Assembly: GCF_009914755.1 (NCBI RefSeq)
Contig: NC_060933.1
DNA from: the human T2T-CHM13v2.0 reference genome, Homo sapiens
Length of the DNA stretch: 64,000 nt
Reading direction: 5' to 3' (one strand)
The notes below the pieces were generated by a model. The model was not told the origin of the DNA. It made no database searches and worked only from the letters and a program-made list of their open reading frames with translations. Below, one piece after another: positions 32,996 through 47,951 of this stretch. Each line of letters begins with the position of its first letter. Within the stretch, counting starts at the first letter, position 1. Made by a program: the position numbers and the translations under genes.

Positions 32996-33246
32996 AGCTC
33001 TCTTTCATAGTAGGTACCAGTTGATTGTTAATTCCCTTTGGACCATGTGATAAAAACAACAGCAACAAAAACTGATAAGAATACTGGGTGGAAAACAGTT
33101 AGAGTATTTTCCTTCTGACCTAGAATATGTAATCACTATATGGTAAGTTTCTCTTTGAGATTATTCATTCAGTCCAGTATCAGATGTATGCATTTGATAA
33201 GACACAGGGGAGATCTGTTTGCATTATCCAATGGCTTGCTATGTGC

Positions 33247-33431
33247 AGAGCTACTCAAAATGTAATTCTTGGACTTGGAGCCTCGGGATCATCTGGAAGC
33301 TTGTTAGAAAGGCAAATTCCTGGACCCCTCCTCAGATCAATAAATCAGAATCTCTGGGCATGGGGTCCAGCAACCTGTTTAAACAAGCCCTGTAGGTGAT
33401 ATTGATGTACTCTGCGGTTGAGAACCACCGG
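33247..33431. mobile_element. MER5A (hAT-Charlie)
   Basis: gcttgttagaaaggcaaattc...aatcagaatctctggg...ttgagaaccac. Confidence 0.88.
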
Positions 33432-33552
33432 TTTAGAGCATGGAGCGAGAAATTTGTTTTAAGGGTTTATAAAAGCAGCAAAAACGTTGACATGTCTTCA
33501 CTTCCTGGTGATTTATCTAGAATTATGGTTGATCTTCTTGGGAAAGAGAGTG

Positions 33553-34150
33553 TTCATTTAGAGGCTTCTCTATTCCAGGCACTGCTAGGTGTTGGATATT
33601 CAACTATAAATAAGACATGGTGCTGGTGCCAATGAGGCTGCAGTCTAATGAGAGGGAAAGACAGGCACATCAAACTAGAACACAGTGCATGCAGTGCCAT
33701 GACGGAGCATGCACAAAGCACCACAGCTTGGCTCTCACTGGAGCTGAGATCAAGCAGAAAGGCTGTCAGCAAGGTGAGACCTAAGTGGTGCCTTGAAGTA
33801 TACAGGTTTTCCCTAGATGGAGAAGATGGCAACAGAAGCTTATTGAAAAACTCAGCCTCACTTCATTTAAGAGTAGAGTAGCAACAGTCATGACGACTTT
33901 GTCCTCAAAGCAATATCCAGTAGGGGAATTACTTATTAGTGGCTACAGATAATTCTACACATGTATGTGGAATCTAGGCATAGGAGGTAGGGGGTATTTC
34001 AGAGCATAGAGGAGACGTACCAAATAGTGGTTTAGGTCAAATGAGGGAAGAGTTCCTGGAGGAGGAAATCAGATGGGTGTAAATCACAGAGATAAAAAGG
34101 TTTTCCAGACAGAAGGGGCAGCTGAGCCCAAAAACAGTATGTAAAGGTCA
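33553..34150 (-). mobile_element. L2 fragments
   Basis: ccaggcactgctaggtgttggatat...aataagaca antisense L2 3' end. Confidence 0.65.
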
Positions 34151-35318
34151 GTGCTTATAAACTTTTGGAAAGTGATGGCACTTGAAAAAAAGGTAGGATT
34201 TACGAGGTACCCTGGGATAAGTGGACAGCTTTTCAAAGCCGGAGGCAGCCCAGGCCATTGAGTTGGAGGCAGCTCAATAGTTTTTGAGGCTTCAATCCAT
34301 TTGGTGGGACACAGGTTGGTGTACTCTGGTTTAGGGGAGCATTAATTGCTCTCAATAACTGTAGCATACAGGAAGAGGCTAAAAATGTGGTTTGGAGAGT
34401 GGCATAGGTGGCAGACATCATCTCCTGAGGAATTATTTTAATGTATAAAATGAGATCAACTGCCATTTCAAATCAAATGAAAAAAGTTTATGCAGCCAGT
34501 ATTTCCTACAAAGTATTGTAAAACAGCTGGCCTCTTCTCTAGAAGGGCCTTTGGGTGTGTCTTGCCCCTTTGGGTGTGTCAAGGAAAGAGGTTTTCCTGC
34601 CACCTTGGGTGCAGAAAGGAGGTTGTGTGTTGTTGCAATCAGAAGGTGAGAATCTGATTGAACAAGTGCCAGAAATCGTTGTTTTTGAATGGTGACAGCA
34701 CCACTATTCATTTTCTTCTGTGTGGGATGAGAAATGTCAAGCCCTGCTCCATTGAAAACACCTTTAATTACGCTCATTTGGGCTTTTTTCTTAACAACCA
34801 CACTTTCTGGGAAATAGATTTGGTACAGTTTAAATGTAACTCTTATCTAAAAGTTTTTTTCACATGAACCATGAAGCTTAAGTTGTTTATCCATTTTCCT
34901 CTATATGTCTACTTTCTTAGAATCAATTTTAGCCAGGGTATACAGGGACTAAAGTTATTTGTGCACATGGAAGCACAGCCTCCATCTCCTCAAAAAAGAA
35001 AACTGGAGCTTTGGCCCTTGGACAATTTCCTCTGCCTGTCTTTCCCTCCTGGGCCTTATTTTACAATCTGAGCAGAAAGAGCAGAAGCAACAGGTAAGAC
35101 CATAAGATTCATACTGGAAAAGGTAAAAGCAAACATACAAACAAAAGCCCCAACTATTGGAAAAAGAAAAAAGAACATATCTGGAAGTGGATAGAGTTGG
35201 AGATGAAATGCTGCTTGGGAATATCCAAGAAGTTTTTGTTTGGGATTTGAGAACTGCCATTTGTGGGGAAGACAAGACAAAAATGGAGAGAACAGATTTT
35301 AAAGATGTTTTGCTGCCT

Positions 35319-35684
<366 letters not shown>

Positions 35685-36284
35685 GATCCCTGGCACCTGT
35701 GAATCCTTTAGCCTTTGAGTTTAAAAACTCATGAAGATTTTAGTGCTTTTTCAAAATTTGCTTTCTTTTTTTTAAAAAATGGTTGGTGTTTCTGGGAATG
35801 TGACTCCATGACACACTCCACTACACAGAGCTGGAGTGTTGGCGGATTGTATGAGCATACTTTTATTTGAGCTTTAGTAAAGGCTGCATTTAATCAGTCT
35901 TTTAGAATTCAGTATGATTTTTGGCTTTCCACCGTGAGATCACTGGTGAGGTTTAAAGGAGGTGTTTGTGCAAAAGAGGAGAGAGAAAAGACATCATCTA
36001 GGAGTTTGTAGTAAAGACGTTTCTATAGAGGCATGGTTTCCTGAGAGTGGTGAAATAAATGAGGGGGGATGCTTCCAGAATAACTTTAATTTCTTGAGAT
36101 CAAGGTAGTGTATACAATGGTAGAGGAAAATTTTATGTATTCCTTTTTTTCTATTTTAAACCAGAAGCTGGTATCAGCAGAAATTTCTTCTGAGAATTCA
36201 GAGCAAAATCTTCCTGTTGTGAAGTTAAGTTTGGGTGAGAAAGGGTGAGAGTGCTGAACAGAGAGTATGTATGTATCAGTAAGC

Positions 36285-36556
<272 letters not shown>

Positions 36557-36859
36557 GTAATTTCTAAGTCACATTGCAAAGGGTGTGGATATAGGGAGGG
36601 GTGAAGAATTATGGCCATTTTTGCAGTCTACCACAGGATGTTAGAATTTTAGTTGGAGTAGTAGAGGTGAGAAGTTTACCAGAAAAGTATTTGAGTTTCT
36701 GTAACAAGATGATTGGTTTTGTATGTCAGTACAAATATTCCAGAACCCTTTGATGTGTTGAAAGTAAGACTTAAGAGGCTATGAATAAATTTTTCTTGGA
36801 ATGTTTATCAGATAACTTTGGTGTTTAACCATTAAAAATGCCAAAGATTAATTTTTAAA

Positions 36860-37106
36860 ATAACTTAATTTTGGAATAATTTTAGATTTACAGAAAAGTT
36901 GCAAGCATAGTATAGAGTCCCCAATATCTTTTACCCAGCCTCCTCCAATGTTAACATCTTATTACCTTAGTACATGTGTCCAAACTAAGAAACTAACATT
37001 GGCACCTTACTATTAACTAAATGCTAGACTTTATTTGGATTTCACCAGTTTTTCCATTAATGTTCTTTTTCTGCTCCAGGATATAGTAGGATACCATATT
37101 GCATTC
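36860..37106 (-). mobile_element. L1MC-type 3' fragment
   Basis: ataattttagatttacagaaaagttgcaa...actttatttggatttcaccagtttt. Confidence 0.8.
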
Positions 37107-37829
37107 TGCCAACTCTTAATTTTAACTGTGAAAAATTCTCAAACTGAAAACTGTTAAAAAAATTCTGGCCTCCAGAATTATGAGAGAATACATTTCTGTT
37201 TTTTTAAAAAAAATTCTCATTAAACTGAAGTAGGCTGAAGAAAAAAATGAAATTAATTTAAAAAAATTCTCAAACATCATGATGAAGCTGTTCCTGGCTC
37301 TTCTTGGGGTGCCCTCTACTCGAAGCAGTTCATTTTCTCAGTTCCTGACTAACTCTGACCATGTCCTTCTTAGTCTCTTCTACTTGGTCCTCCTGGCTTT
37401 CTAAAGTGTTGTGGTGATGAGGAGTTTATTCCAGCCTCTCTGAGCTTTGGAAAGCCTCCTTCTCTCTTGCCCCTCTTTCAAACTCTGAGCTTCCTCTATA
37501 TCCCTCTCTCCGGGACCCCCAGGAGATTTTCTCACATCCCCAGAGCTCCTCTCTTCAGCCCATGTCAAGCCTCTCTTAAATGCGTAAAATTAAATGTGTA
37601 TAACTGCTAGAGTCTGACGCCATTGGGTAGACACGCTCCTTCTGAAAGGCTCCATGCTGCTTGGTTTGCAGCTGTGAATCTCAGTGGTGGTGAGGGGCTG
37701 AGTGGGCAGGCTCGAGGGGAGGGCAGGACTCTTTCACATTCTGCTTGTCTGTCTTTCCTGTCCATTTGTCATATTCACTGTTAATGATGTGAATATGACA
37801 TATCCTTTGTTAGGTCCAAAGAAGTAAAA

Positions 37830-37916
37830 ACCAAACCCAAACCGACAAACCAACTAACCAACCGACAAACCAACTAACCAACCAACCAACCAACCAACCA
37901 ACCAATCAACCACAAA
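37830..37916. repeat. (AACC)n microsatellite with a perfect 20-bp higher-order duplication
   Basis: ACCGACAAACCAACTAACCA x2 (37841-37880) followed by AACC units. Confidence 0.92.
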
Positions 37917-38494
37917 CATGTTATAGCGGGAGTTGATTAAATAATAATAATAATATATATATTTTTACAAATATGTAAACTTGTTCTTCTATAGACGGAG
38001 ATATTAGACTCCCATTGTACCTTTTGTTCATTCATTGTTTTCTGCAGGTCAATCCAAATTCTTCCCACAATTTCAACCTTGGGGCCTTCTCCAGGGCTTA
38101 ACTTAGTTTCTGGCTGTGTTGTGCATGCCAGACATGAGCTTTGGGGAATGAAGACAATGGAGTGCTGGTCCCAGAGGCCCCAGAACTTGTTTTCTTGACC
38201 AGTCCCTGATGTCAGCCAGCCTTGTGGTCATTACCGCCCGCTCAGAAGGTAGAGTGAGACATGCACAGCTGTTGGACTCCCAGGCGGGATAATGTGCCTG
38301 CCTTTCTAGCAAACTAATTAGCCAGGCTAAGGCAGAAGCAGTTTTCTCTCCCCAAGTGCTTTCTTGCCTCTGGAAACTTATTATCTTCCTGGGTGTACCC
38401 AGTGACTCATGACTTGTCAGCATCATACAAAACATGACTTTTTCTGTCCACAGCAATACAACCCATGTGTTCCTGCTTTTCATTCATAGTCTCT

Positions 38495-41400
38495 CTTTAA
38501 TTTTTGTGGGCACATAGTAGGTGTATATGTTTATGAGGTACATGAGATATTTGGATACAGGCATATAATGCATAATAATCACATAACAGGTAAAATGGGG
38601 GTATTCATTACCTCAAGCATTTATTCCTTCTTTGTGTTACGAACAATCCAGTTATACTCTTTTAGTTATTTTTAAAGGTACAATAAATTATTGTTGAACT
38701 GTAGTCACCCTGTTGTGTTATCAACTAGGTAGTGTCATTCTATCTACCTATATTTTCATACCAATTAACCATCCCCACTGGTTTCCCTCCCCCTGCCCAC
38801 TACCCTTCCCAGCCTCTGGTAAACATCTTTCTACTCTCCATCTCCATGACTTCAATTGTTTTAAATATTTTAGCACCCACAAATAAGTTTGTCTTTCTGT
38901 GCCTGGCTTATTTCTCTTAACATAATGACCTCTAGATCCATCCATGTCATTGCAAATGAGCAGGATCTCATTCTTTTTTATGGCTGAATAGTACTCCATT
39001 GTGTATATGTACCACATTTTCTTTATCCATTCATCTGTTGATGGACACTTAGGTTGCTTCCAAATCTTGGCTATTGTGACTATAATAAACATAAGTGCTG
39101 TAATAAACATGAGAATGCAGATATCCCTTTGATATACTGATTTACTTTCTTTTGGGTATATAACTAGCAGTGGGATTGCTGGATCATATTGCAGCTCTAT
39201 TTTTAGTTTTTTTGAGGAACCTCCAGGTCGTTTTCCATATTGATCGTACTAATTTACATTCTCACCAACAGCGTATGAGGGTTCCCTTTACTCCACATCC
39301 TCTCCAGCATGTGTTATTGCCTGTCTTGGATAAAAGCCACTTAACTGGAGCGAGATTGTATCTCATTATGGTTTTGATTTGCATTTCTCTGATGATCAAT
39401 GATGTTGAGCACCTTTTCAAATACACTTTACCATTTTATGTCTTCTTTAGAGAAATGTCTATTCAGATCTTTTGCCCATTTTTAATTGGGTTATTAGATT
39501 TTTTTTTCTATAGAGTTGTTTGAGCTCCTGGTTATTATTCCCTTGTCAAATGGATAGTCTGGTTATTATCCCTAGTCAAATGAATAGTCTTCAAATATTT
39601 TCTTCCATTCTGCAGGTTATCTCTTCACATTGTTGATTGTTTCCATTGTTGTGCAGAAGCATTTTAACTTGATGTGATCTCATTTGTCAATTTTTGTTTT
39701 GGTTGCCTGTGCTTGTGGGTATTACTCAAGAAATCTTTGCCCAGTCTGATGTCCTGAAGAGTTTCCCCAATGTTTTCTTTTAGTAGTTTCAGGTCTTAGA
39801 TTTAAGCCTTTAACCCATTTTAATTTTTGTATATGGAGAGAGATAGAAGCCTAGATAGAGGTCCTCCTTCTGCCTATGGATATCCAGTTTTCCCAGCATC
39901 ATTTATTGAAGAGGCTGTCCTTTCTCTAATGTATGTTCTTGCCACTTTTGTTGAAATTGAGTTCACTGTAGAAGTATGGATTTGTTTCTGGGTTCTCTAT
40001 TCTGTTCCATGGGTCTATGTGTCTGTTTTTATGTAGTATCATGCTGTTTTGGTTACCGTAGCTTTGTAGTATAATTTGAAGTCAGGTAATGTGATTCTTT
40101 CAGTTTTATTCTTTTTGCTCAAGATAGCTTTGGCTATTCCAGGTCTTTTGTGGTACCATATACATTTTATGTTTTTTTTTCCATTTCTGTGAAGAATGTG
40201 ATTGGTATTTTTGATAGGGATTGCATTGAATCTGTAGATTGCTTTGGGTAGTATGAACATTTTAACAATATTGATTCTTCTAATCCATGAACAGAAAATA
40301 TCTTTCCATTTTTTGGTGTCCTCTTCAATTTCTTTCATCAATGTTTTCTACTTTTCATTGTAGAGATCTTTTATTTATTTGGTTAAGTTTACTGCTAGGT
40401 ATTTAATTTGTACCTATTGTAAATAAAGTTATTTTCTTGATTTCTTTTCCAGATTGTTCACCGTTGACATATAGAAGTGCTACTGATTTTTGCATTTGAT
40501 TTTGCACCCTGCAACTTTACTTTGTTTATCAGTTCTAATATTTTTTTGGTGAAGTCTTTAGGTTTTTCCAAATATAAGATTTATATCATCTGCAAACAAA
40601 GGTAATTTGACTTCTTCCTTTCCATTTTGGATCACCTTTATTTCTTTCTCTTGTCTAATTGCTCCAGCTAAGACCTCCAGTACTATGTAGAATTAACAGT
40701 GGTGAAAGTGGGCATCCTTGTCTTGCTCCAGACCTTAGAGGAAAGGCTTTCAGTTTTTCCCATTCAGTAATACAAGCTATGGGTCTGCTTTATATGGCTT
40801 TTCTTTTGTTAAGGTATGTTACTTCTATACCCAGTGTTTTGAGGGATTTTATCATAAAGGGATGTTGAATTTTATCAAATGCTTTCTCAGCATCAACTGA
40901 AATGATCATATTGTTTTTGTCTTTCATTCTGTTGATATAATGTATCATGTTTATTAATTTGCATATGTGGAATCATCCTTGCATCCCTGGGATAAATTCC
41001 ACATAATCATGATGAATGATTTTTTTAATGTATTGGTGAATTCAGTTTGGTAATACTTTGTTGAGGGTTTTTTCATCAATGTTCATCAGGGATATTGACT
41101 TGTAGCTCTCTTTTTTTGATGTGTCATTATCTAGGGTAATACTGGCCTCATAGAATGAGTTTAGAAATATTCCCCTCTCCTCTATTTTTTAGGATAGATT
41201 GAGTAGGATTGGTATTAGTTTTTTAAATGTTTGGTAAAATTCAGCAATGAAGTAATTGAGTCCTGGGCTCTTCTTTGCTGGAAGACTTTTTATTATGGCT
41301 TATATTGTTTTAAATTCTGCTTGATTGTTTTAAATCATTACTTGTTATAGCTCTGTTCAGGTTTTGGTTTTCTTCATAGTTCAATCTTGGCAGGTTGTAT

Positions 41401-44400
41401 GTGTCTAGGAATTTATCGATTTCTTCTATGTAGGTTTTCCAACTTACTGGCATATAGTTTCTCATAATATTCTCTAATGGTCCTTTGGATTTCTGCAGTA
41501 TTGGTTGTAATGTCTCCTTTTTCATCTCTGATTTTATTTATTTGGCTCTTCTCTTTTTTTCTTAGTCTGGCTAAAGGTTTGTTGGTTTTGTTTATCTTTT
41601 CAGAAAAACAACTTTTTGTTTCATTGATCTTTTATATTTGTTTTAGTTTCAACTTCATTTATTTCTATTCTGATCTTTATTTCTTTTCTTCTGATTTTGG
41701 ATTTGATTTGCTCTTGCTTTTTAGTTTTTAAAGATACATTGTTAGGTTGTTTATTTTCAGTTTTTTTTACTACTTTGATGTAGGTGCTTATTACTATAAA
41801 CTTTCCTCTTAGTACTGCATTTACTGCATCCCATGGATTTTGATAGGTTTCCCTTTTCATTTGTTTCAAGAAAATTTTCAATTTCCTTCTTAATTTCTTA
41901 ATTGACCCACTGGTCATTCAGGAGCATAGTATTTAATTTCCATGTGTTTGTACAGTTTCCAAAGTTCCTCTTATTATTGATTTCTAGTTTTATTGTGGTT
42001 AGATAAGATACTTGATATGATTTCAATTTTTTTTTGAAATTTTAAAGACTTGTTTTATGGCCTAACGTATGGTCTATCCTTGAGAATGATCCATGTGCTG
42101 AAAATATGTATTCTGCAGCCACTGGATAAAATGTTCTGTAAATATGTATTAGCTCCATTTGGTCAGATTAAATGCAGATTAAGCCTGATGTTTCTTTGTT
42201 AATTTTCTGTTTGGATGATCTGTCCAATGCTGCAAGTGGAGTGTTGAAGTCTCCAGCTGTTATTGTATAGGAGTCTATCTCTCTCTTTAGCTCTAATAAT
42301 ACTCAGTTTATATATCTGGGTGCTCCAGTGTTGGGTGCATATATATTTATAATTGTTATAGCCTCTTACTGAATTGACCCCTTTGTCATTAAATAATGAC
42401 CTTCTTTGTTTCTTCTTGCAGATTTTGTCTTGAAATCTATTTTGTTTTGTATAAGGATGGCTACTCTTGTTCATTTTTGGTTTCCATTCACATAGAATAT
42501 CTTTTTTCATCCCATAGAACATCTTTTTCATCCCATTATTTTTAGTCTGTGTGTATCTTTACAGATAAAGTGTGTTTTTTGTAGGCAACAGATTGTTGAG
42601 TCTTGGTATTTTTTATCCATTTAGCCACTCTATGTTTTTTGATTGGAGGATTTAGTTCATTTACATTCAATGTAATTATTGATATGTAAGGACTTACTTT
42701 TGCCATTTTGTTATTTATATTCTGGTTGTTTTGTCTTCCTCCTTCCCTCCCTCCCTCCTTTTCTCCCCTCCTCCCTTCCTTCCTTCCTTTCTTTGTTTTA
42801 GTAAAAGTGATTTTCTCAGGTGGTATGTTTAAATTTCTTGTTTTTTTATCTTTGTGTATCTTGTGTGTGTGTTTTGATTCCAGGTTACCATGAGACTTGC
42901 AAATACTTGTAGCCCATTACTTTCAACTGATGACAACTTAACACTGGTTATATAAACAAACAAGCAAAGAGAAAACTAATAAAAATTCTACATTTTAATT
43001 TCATTCCCTCGCTTTTTAACTTTTTGTTGTTTCTATTTATATCTTGTTGTACTGTCTGTGTCTTGAAAAGTTGTTACAGTTATTATTTATGATAGGTTCA
43101 TTTTTCAGTCTTTCTACTTAAGGTAGTTTACATACCACAATTACAGTGTTATAATAGTCTGTGTTTTTCTGTGTGCTTATTGTTACCAGTGAGTTTTGTA
43201 GTTTCAGATGATTTCTTCTTGGTCATTAACATCCTTTTCTTTAAGATTGAAGAACTTCCTTTAGCATTTCTTTCAGGACAAGTCTGTTGTTGATGAAATC
43301 CCTCAGCTTTTGTTTGTCTGGGAAGATCTTCATATCTCCTTCATGTTTGAAGGATAATTTTGCTGAATATACTATTCTAGGATAAATGTTTTTTCCCTTC
43401 AGCACTTTAAATATGTCATGCCACTATCTCTCGGCCTGTAAGGTTTCCACAGAGAAGGCTGCTGCCAGACATATTCGAGCTCCTTTGTAGGTTATTTGTT
43501 TCTTTTCTCTTGCCGTGTTTAGGATCCTTCTTTATCTTTGACATTTGGAAGTATTAAATGTCTTGAGGCAGTCTTATTTGGATTAAACCTACTTGGTGTT
43601 CTATCACCTCCTTATACTTGAATATCCATATCTGTCTCTAGGTTTAGGAAGTTCTCTGTTATTATCTCTTTCAATAAACCTTCTACCCAGATCTCTCTCT
43701 CTACCTCCTCCTCAAGGAGGCTATTGAGGCTATTTTTTTTAGATCTTGTAGGCATGCTTTATTCTTTTTTTTCTTTTGTCTCTTCTGACTGTGTATTTTC
43801 AAATAGCCTGTCTTCAAGCTCACTAATTCTTCTGCTTGATCAATTCTGCTGTTTAGAGACTCTGATGCGTTTTTCAGTATGTCAATTGCATTTTTCAACT
43901 CCAGAATTTCTGCTTGATTGTTTTATTTTAATCTCTTTGTTAAGTTTATCTGATAGAATTCTGACTACCCTTCTCTGTGTTATCTTAGATTTAATTGAGC
44001 TTCCTCAAAACAGCTATTTTGAATTTTCTATCTGAAAGGTATCAGATCTCTGTCTTGCTGGTGCCTTATTTAGTTCATTTGGTAAGGTCATGGTTTCCTC
44101 GATGGTCTTGATGCTTGAGAATATTTGTTGGTGTCTGGGCATTGATGAGTTACGTACTTATTGTAAATTTTGCAGTCTGGGCTTGTTTGCACCCGTTCTT
44201 TTTTGGGAAAGCTTTCCAGATATTTAAGAGAATGTGTAGGTTGTGATCTAAATCTTTGGTCACTGCAGCCATATTTATTTAACAGGGCACTCCAAGCCCA
44301 GTAATGCTGTGGTTCTTGCAGGCTTGTAGAGATACCACCTTGGTGGTCTTGGTTAAGATCTAGGAGAATTCTTTTGATTACGAGGCAGAGACTCTTATTC

Positions 44401-44460
44401 TCTCCTCTTATTTTCCCCCAAACAAATGGAGTCTCTCTCTGCTGAGCTATTCTCTCTGTG
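38495..44460 (-). mobile_element. Near full-length dead L1 (L1MA1-3-like): 3'UTR, ORF2, ORF1 and part of the 5'UTR
   Basis: ORF2p pieces ([49 protein letters not shown]) and ORF1p piece (KNAIDILKNASESLNSRIDQAEE); all frames broken. Confidence 0.94.
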
Positions 44461-44474
44461 TGAATATTGGCTTT

Positions 44475-44842
44475 ACAATTGGCTTTACATACTGAATATA
44501 CATTCAGTAGAAATAGTGCTTCACATTTTGATTTTTGATCTTTTCTTGGACTAGTAATATGTAGTATGATACTATCTTGTGATGGCAGGGAGTGACAATG
44601 AGCCACAGCCCCCAGCCAGACACATGATCACCACTGTAAATCACCAACAATCTACAGTATTCTGTGTTTCCAGATGATTTTGCTCAACTGTAGGCTAATG
44701 TAAGTGTTCTGAGCATGTTTGACATAGGCTAGGCTAAGCTATGGTGTTCGGTAGGTTGAGTATATCAAGTACATTTTTGACTTACAATATTTTCAATTTA
44801 CTTATGCTGGGTAAAACACCATCATAAGTGCGGTAGCGTTTA
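44475..44842 (-). mobile_element. MER47A-like (Tigger5 derivative)
   Basis: aactgtaggctaatgtaagtgttctgagca...ggctaggctaagctatggtgttcggtaggtt. Confidence 0.82.
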
Positions 44843-45088
44843 TATGGATTTAACGAAGCAGCCTAAAGAAATCTATAGAACTCATCACAAATATCTCTAA
44901 GTAATTAACTCAATTGTGGACAAAAAAGTAGATATGTAAATTATTTTTTACCCATAACTTGGTAAAGTTTTCAAGCCTGGAATGTTAGATGTGTCTCAGC
45001 CCACTTTTCTCTTCTTGTCTGGGCTGATTTTCTTCCTAAGCATTTCATGTCCTCTGTGTTCTGCAAGCCCAGCTGTCTGCTCTCTCTC

Positions 45089-45394
<306 letters not shown>

Positions 45395-46277
45395 CTGTCC
45401 TCTCTTTTTTAATTTCTCTGTGCTGTTACCCAGTTTGCAAGGGTATCCTTTTCAAGTAAGTCATGTCAAGTTACTTCTGTTTCTTCTAGAACTTGCTGCT
45501 CTTGCTCTCATGTCTTAGGAGCTCACTTTATTTTCTCCTTGGTTTTTCTTATGGCTTGTTCAACTCAGTCTGGCTGTACCCAGCACAGAGGCACATAACA
45601 GGCTGTTAATAAAGCTTGGTGATTAAATGCATTGAATAAATGCATGAACACTCTTACTTCAGGCTGCAGTCTTTCTCCTTGGTCTACACTGGGTCTTTCT
45701 CTGGTTTATCTATCTTTTCAATTGAAGTCAGGTTACTAGACTGTTTAAACAACAATAAAGATACTGTTGATAAAATTTGTCAAGAAATGCAAGATATTAG
45801 AATTTTATAGATAACAGCATATATCCCATTTTTATATTACAGCAGGTTTAACCTTTGTATGAGTTTTTTTTTGTTTTTCAAACATTTGTCATTTGTGAGG
45901 CCTGTTGCTCAAAATACAAACACAGTTCAATTCCACAGGGTGTCAGGTGGGTTCATATTTGTCAGAAGAAAGTACACACCCACAAGCATTTTAACTTTTA
46001 AAGTAAATGCCCAACTTAACCAGCAAAGAATTATACATTTTATTGGAAGTGAGGTCATTATGTTGGGTGAGATCAGATGCAGTTTATCTCCGCACAGCTT
46101 CCTGTGAGCTCCAACATTCCTAATGGGATAGGTCTATTAAGGAACATGCTGGGAGGCAGGGATATGGTTCCTGTGAGTTAGGGTCTTAACAAGCTCAAAA
46201 AGTTCCATTCTTGTTTTGCCACTTCCTTTTTATTCTCAGAAACTATACTCTTAACTTATGGGCTTCTTCTTTCATGA

Positions 46278-46617
<340 letters not shown>

Positions 46618-46844
46618 TAATCCAAATGCAGAATCTAGAAGCTCATATCCTTACTTGGGCATGGAAAGCAGGGCTTAAAGGTTTCTATAAAACATTTCAA
46701 ACTCCAGGGTCCAGTGTCCTGAGAAGCCCCTTTCTTCAAGAATTTTTACTGACTTGACAATCTCCTGGGATCAGACTCTTAAAGGTTATCTGTGATTATC
46801 AGAGACCCTTACCACACTAGCTCTTGAAAAAGGGATTGAGGCAG

Positions 46845-47208
46845 TGTATGTATCAGCTCAGGCTGCCATAACAAAGTATCACAGATGACTTAAACAACAT
46901 AAATTTATTTTCTCAAGGTTCTGGGGGCTGAAGTCCAAGATCAAGGTGTTCGCAGGTTTGGTTTCTCCTGAGGCCGCTCTGCTTGCCTTGCAGATGTCTG
47001 TCTTCTCCCTGGGGCCTCAAATAGCCTTTCTTCTGTGGTATCTCTTCCCTTCTTATAAGAACACCAGTCCTGTTGGATTATGGCCACATTTTCGTGACCG
47101 CATTTAACCTTAATTATCTTTTTACAGGCCCTGTTTCCAAATACAGTCACATTGGGGGGTTAGGGTTTTAACACATACATTTTGGGGGATACAGTTTAAT
47201 CCATAACA
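46845..47208 (-). mobile_element. MLT1A-like solo LTR
   Basis: TGTA...ggctgccataacaaa...aatccataaCA; near TSD GGCAG/GACAG. Confidence 0.88.
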
Positions 47209-47299
47209 GACAGAATACCAGACCGTTGGTAACCATTTCAGAGTAGCAGATTCTCTGCTGGTAAAAACATTTTTATCTGTAATAAATTGGTTAAATGCT

Positions 47300-47535
47300 T
47301 GGTTTTGGGAGCTAAGGTGTCCACATTCATGCCCTCGCTCTGCCGCTTACTAGCAGCCGTGAGATCTTGGGCAGGTTACTTATCTTCTTTCTGCCTCAAC
47401 CTTTTGACCTGCAGAATGGGGATTATCAAAGATCTAGCTCATGGAGGTGTTGTGAGAATGAAATGAGTTAAAACACGTAAAGTGTTGATTACGGTTGGTA
47501 GCGTGTAAGAAATGCTCAATGAATGTTAGCTGTTC
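47300..47535 (+). mobile_element. MIR SINE
   Basis: gctctgccgcttactagc...cttgggcaggttactt...gttgtgagaatgaaatgagttaa. Confidence 0.85.
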
Positions 47536-47559
47536 TCGTTGTCAAGAAATGTTACTTTC

Positions 47560-47951
47560 AGTTATGGACTGAATTGTGTCCTTCAAAATTCATGTGTTGA
47601 AGCCCCAACCCCCAGACCATCAGAATGGAACCAGATTTGGAGATTAGGCCTTTAAAGAGGTAATTGAGTTAAAATGAGGCTGTTAGGGTGGGGACCTAAT
47701 CCGATGTGACTGGTGTCCTCATAAGAAGAGGGAGAGACACCAGGGGCGTGCACGCACAGATGGACGCCCTTGTGAAGAGGCAGCAGGAGGGGCCATCTGC
47801 GAGCCAAGGGTAGAGACCTCAGAAGAACCCTGCCCTGCTGGCACCCTGATCTTGGACTTCCAGGCCCCCAAACATTGAGAATATAAATTTCTATTGTTTA
47901 AGCCACACAGTCTGTGGTATTTTGTTACGGCAGCCCTAGCAGAGTAATACA
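47560..47951 (+). mobile_element. MLT1A/B-like solo LTR
   Basis: gttatggactgaattgtgtcc...ttgttacggcagccctagcagagtaatACA. Confidence 0.9.

Noticed and set aside
37830-37916. CRISPR-like or telomere-like array
   Set aside because: Simple (AACC)n microsatellite with no unique spacers; no repeat-spacer array anywhere in this eukaryotic window
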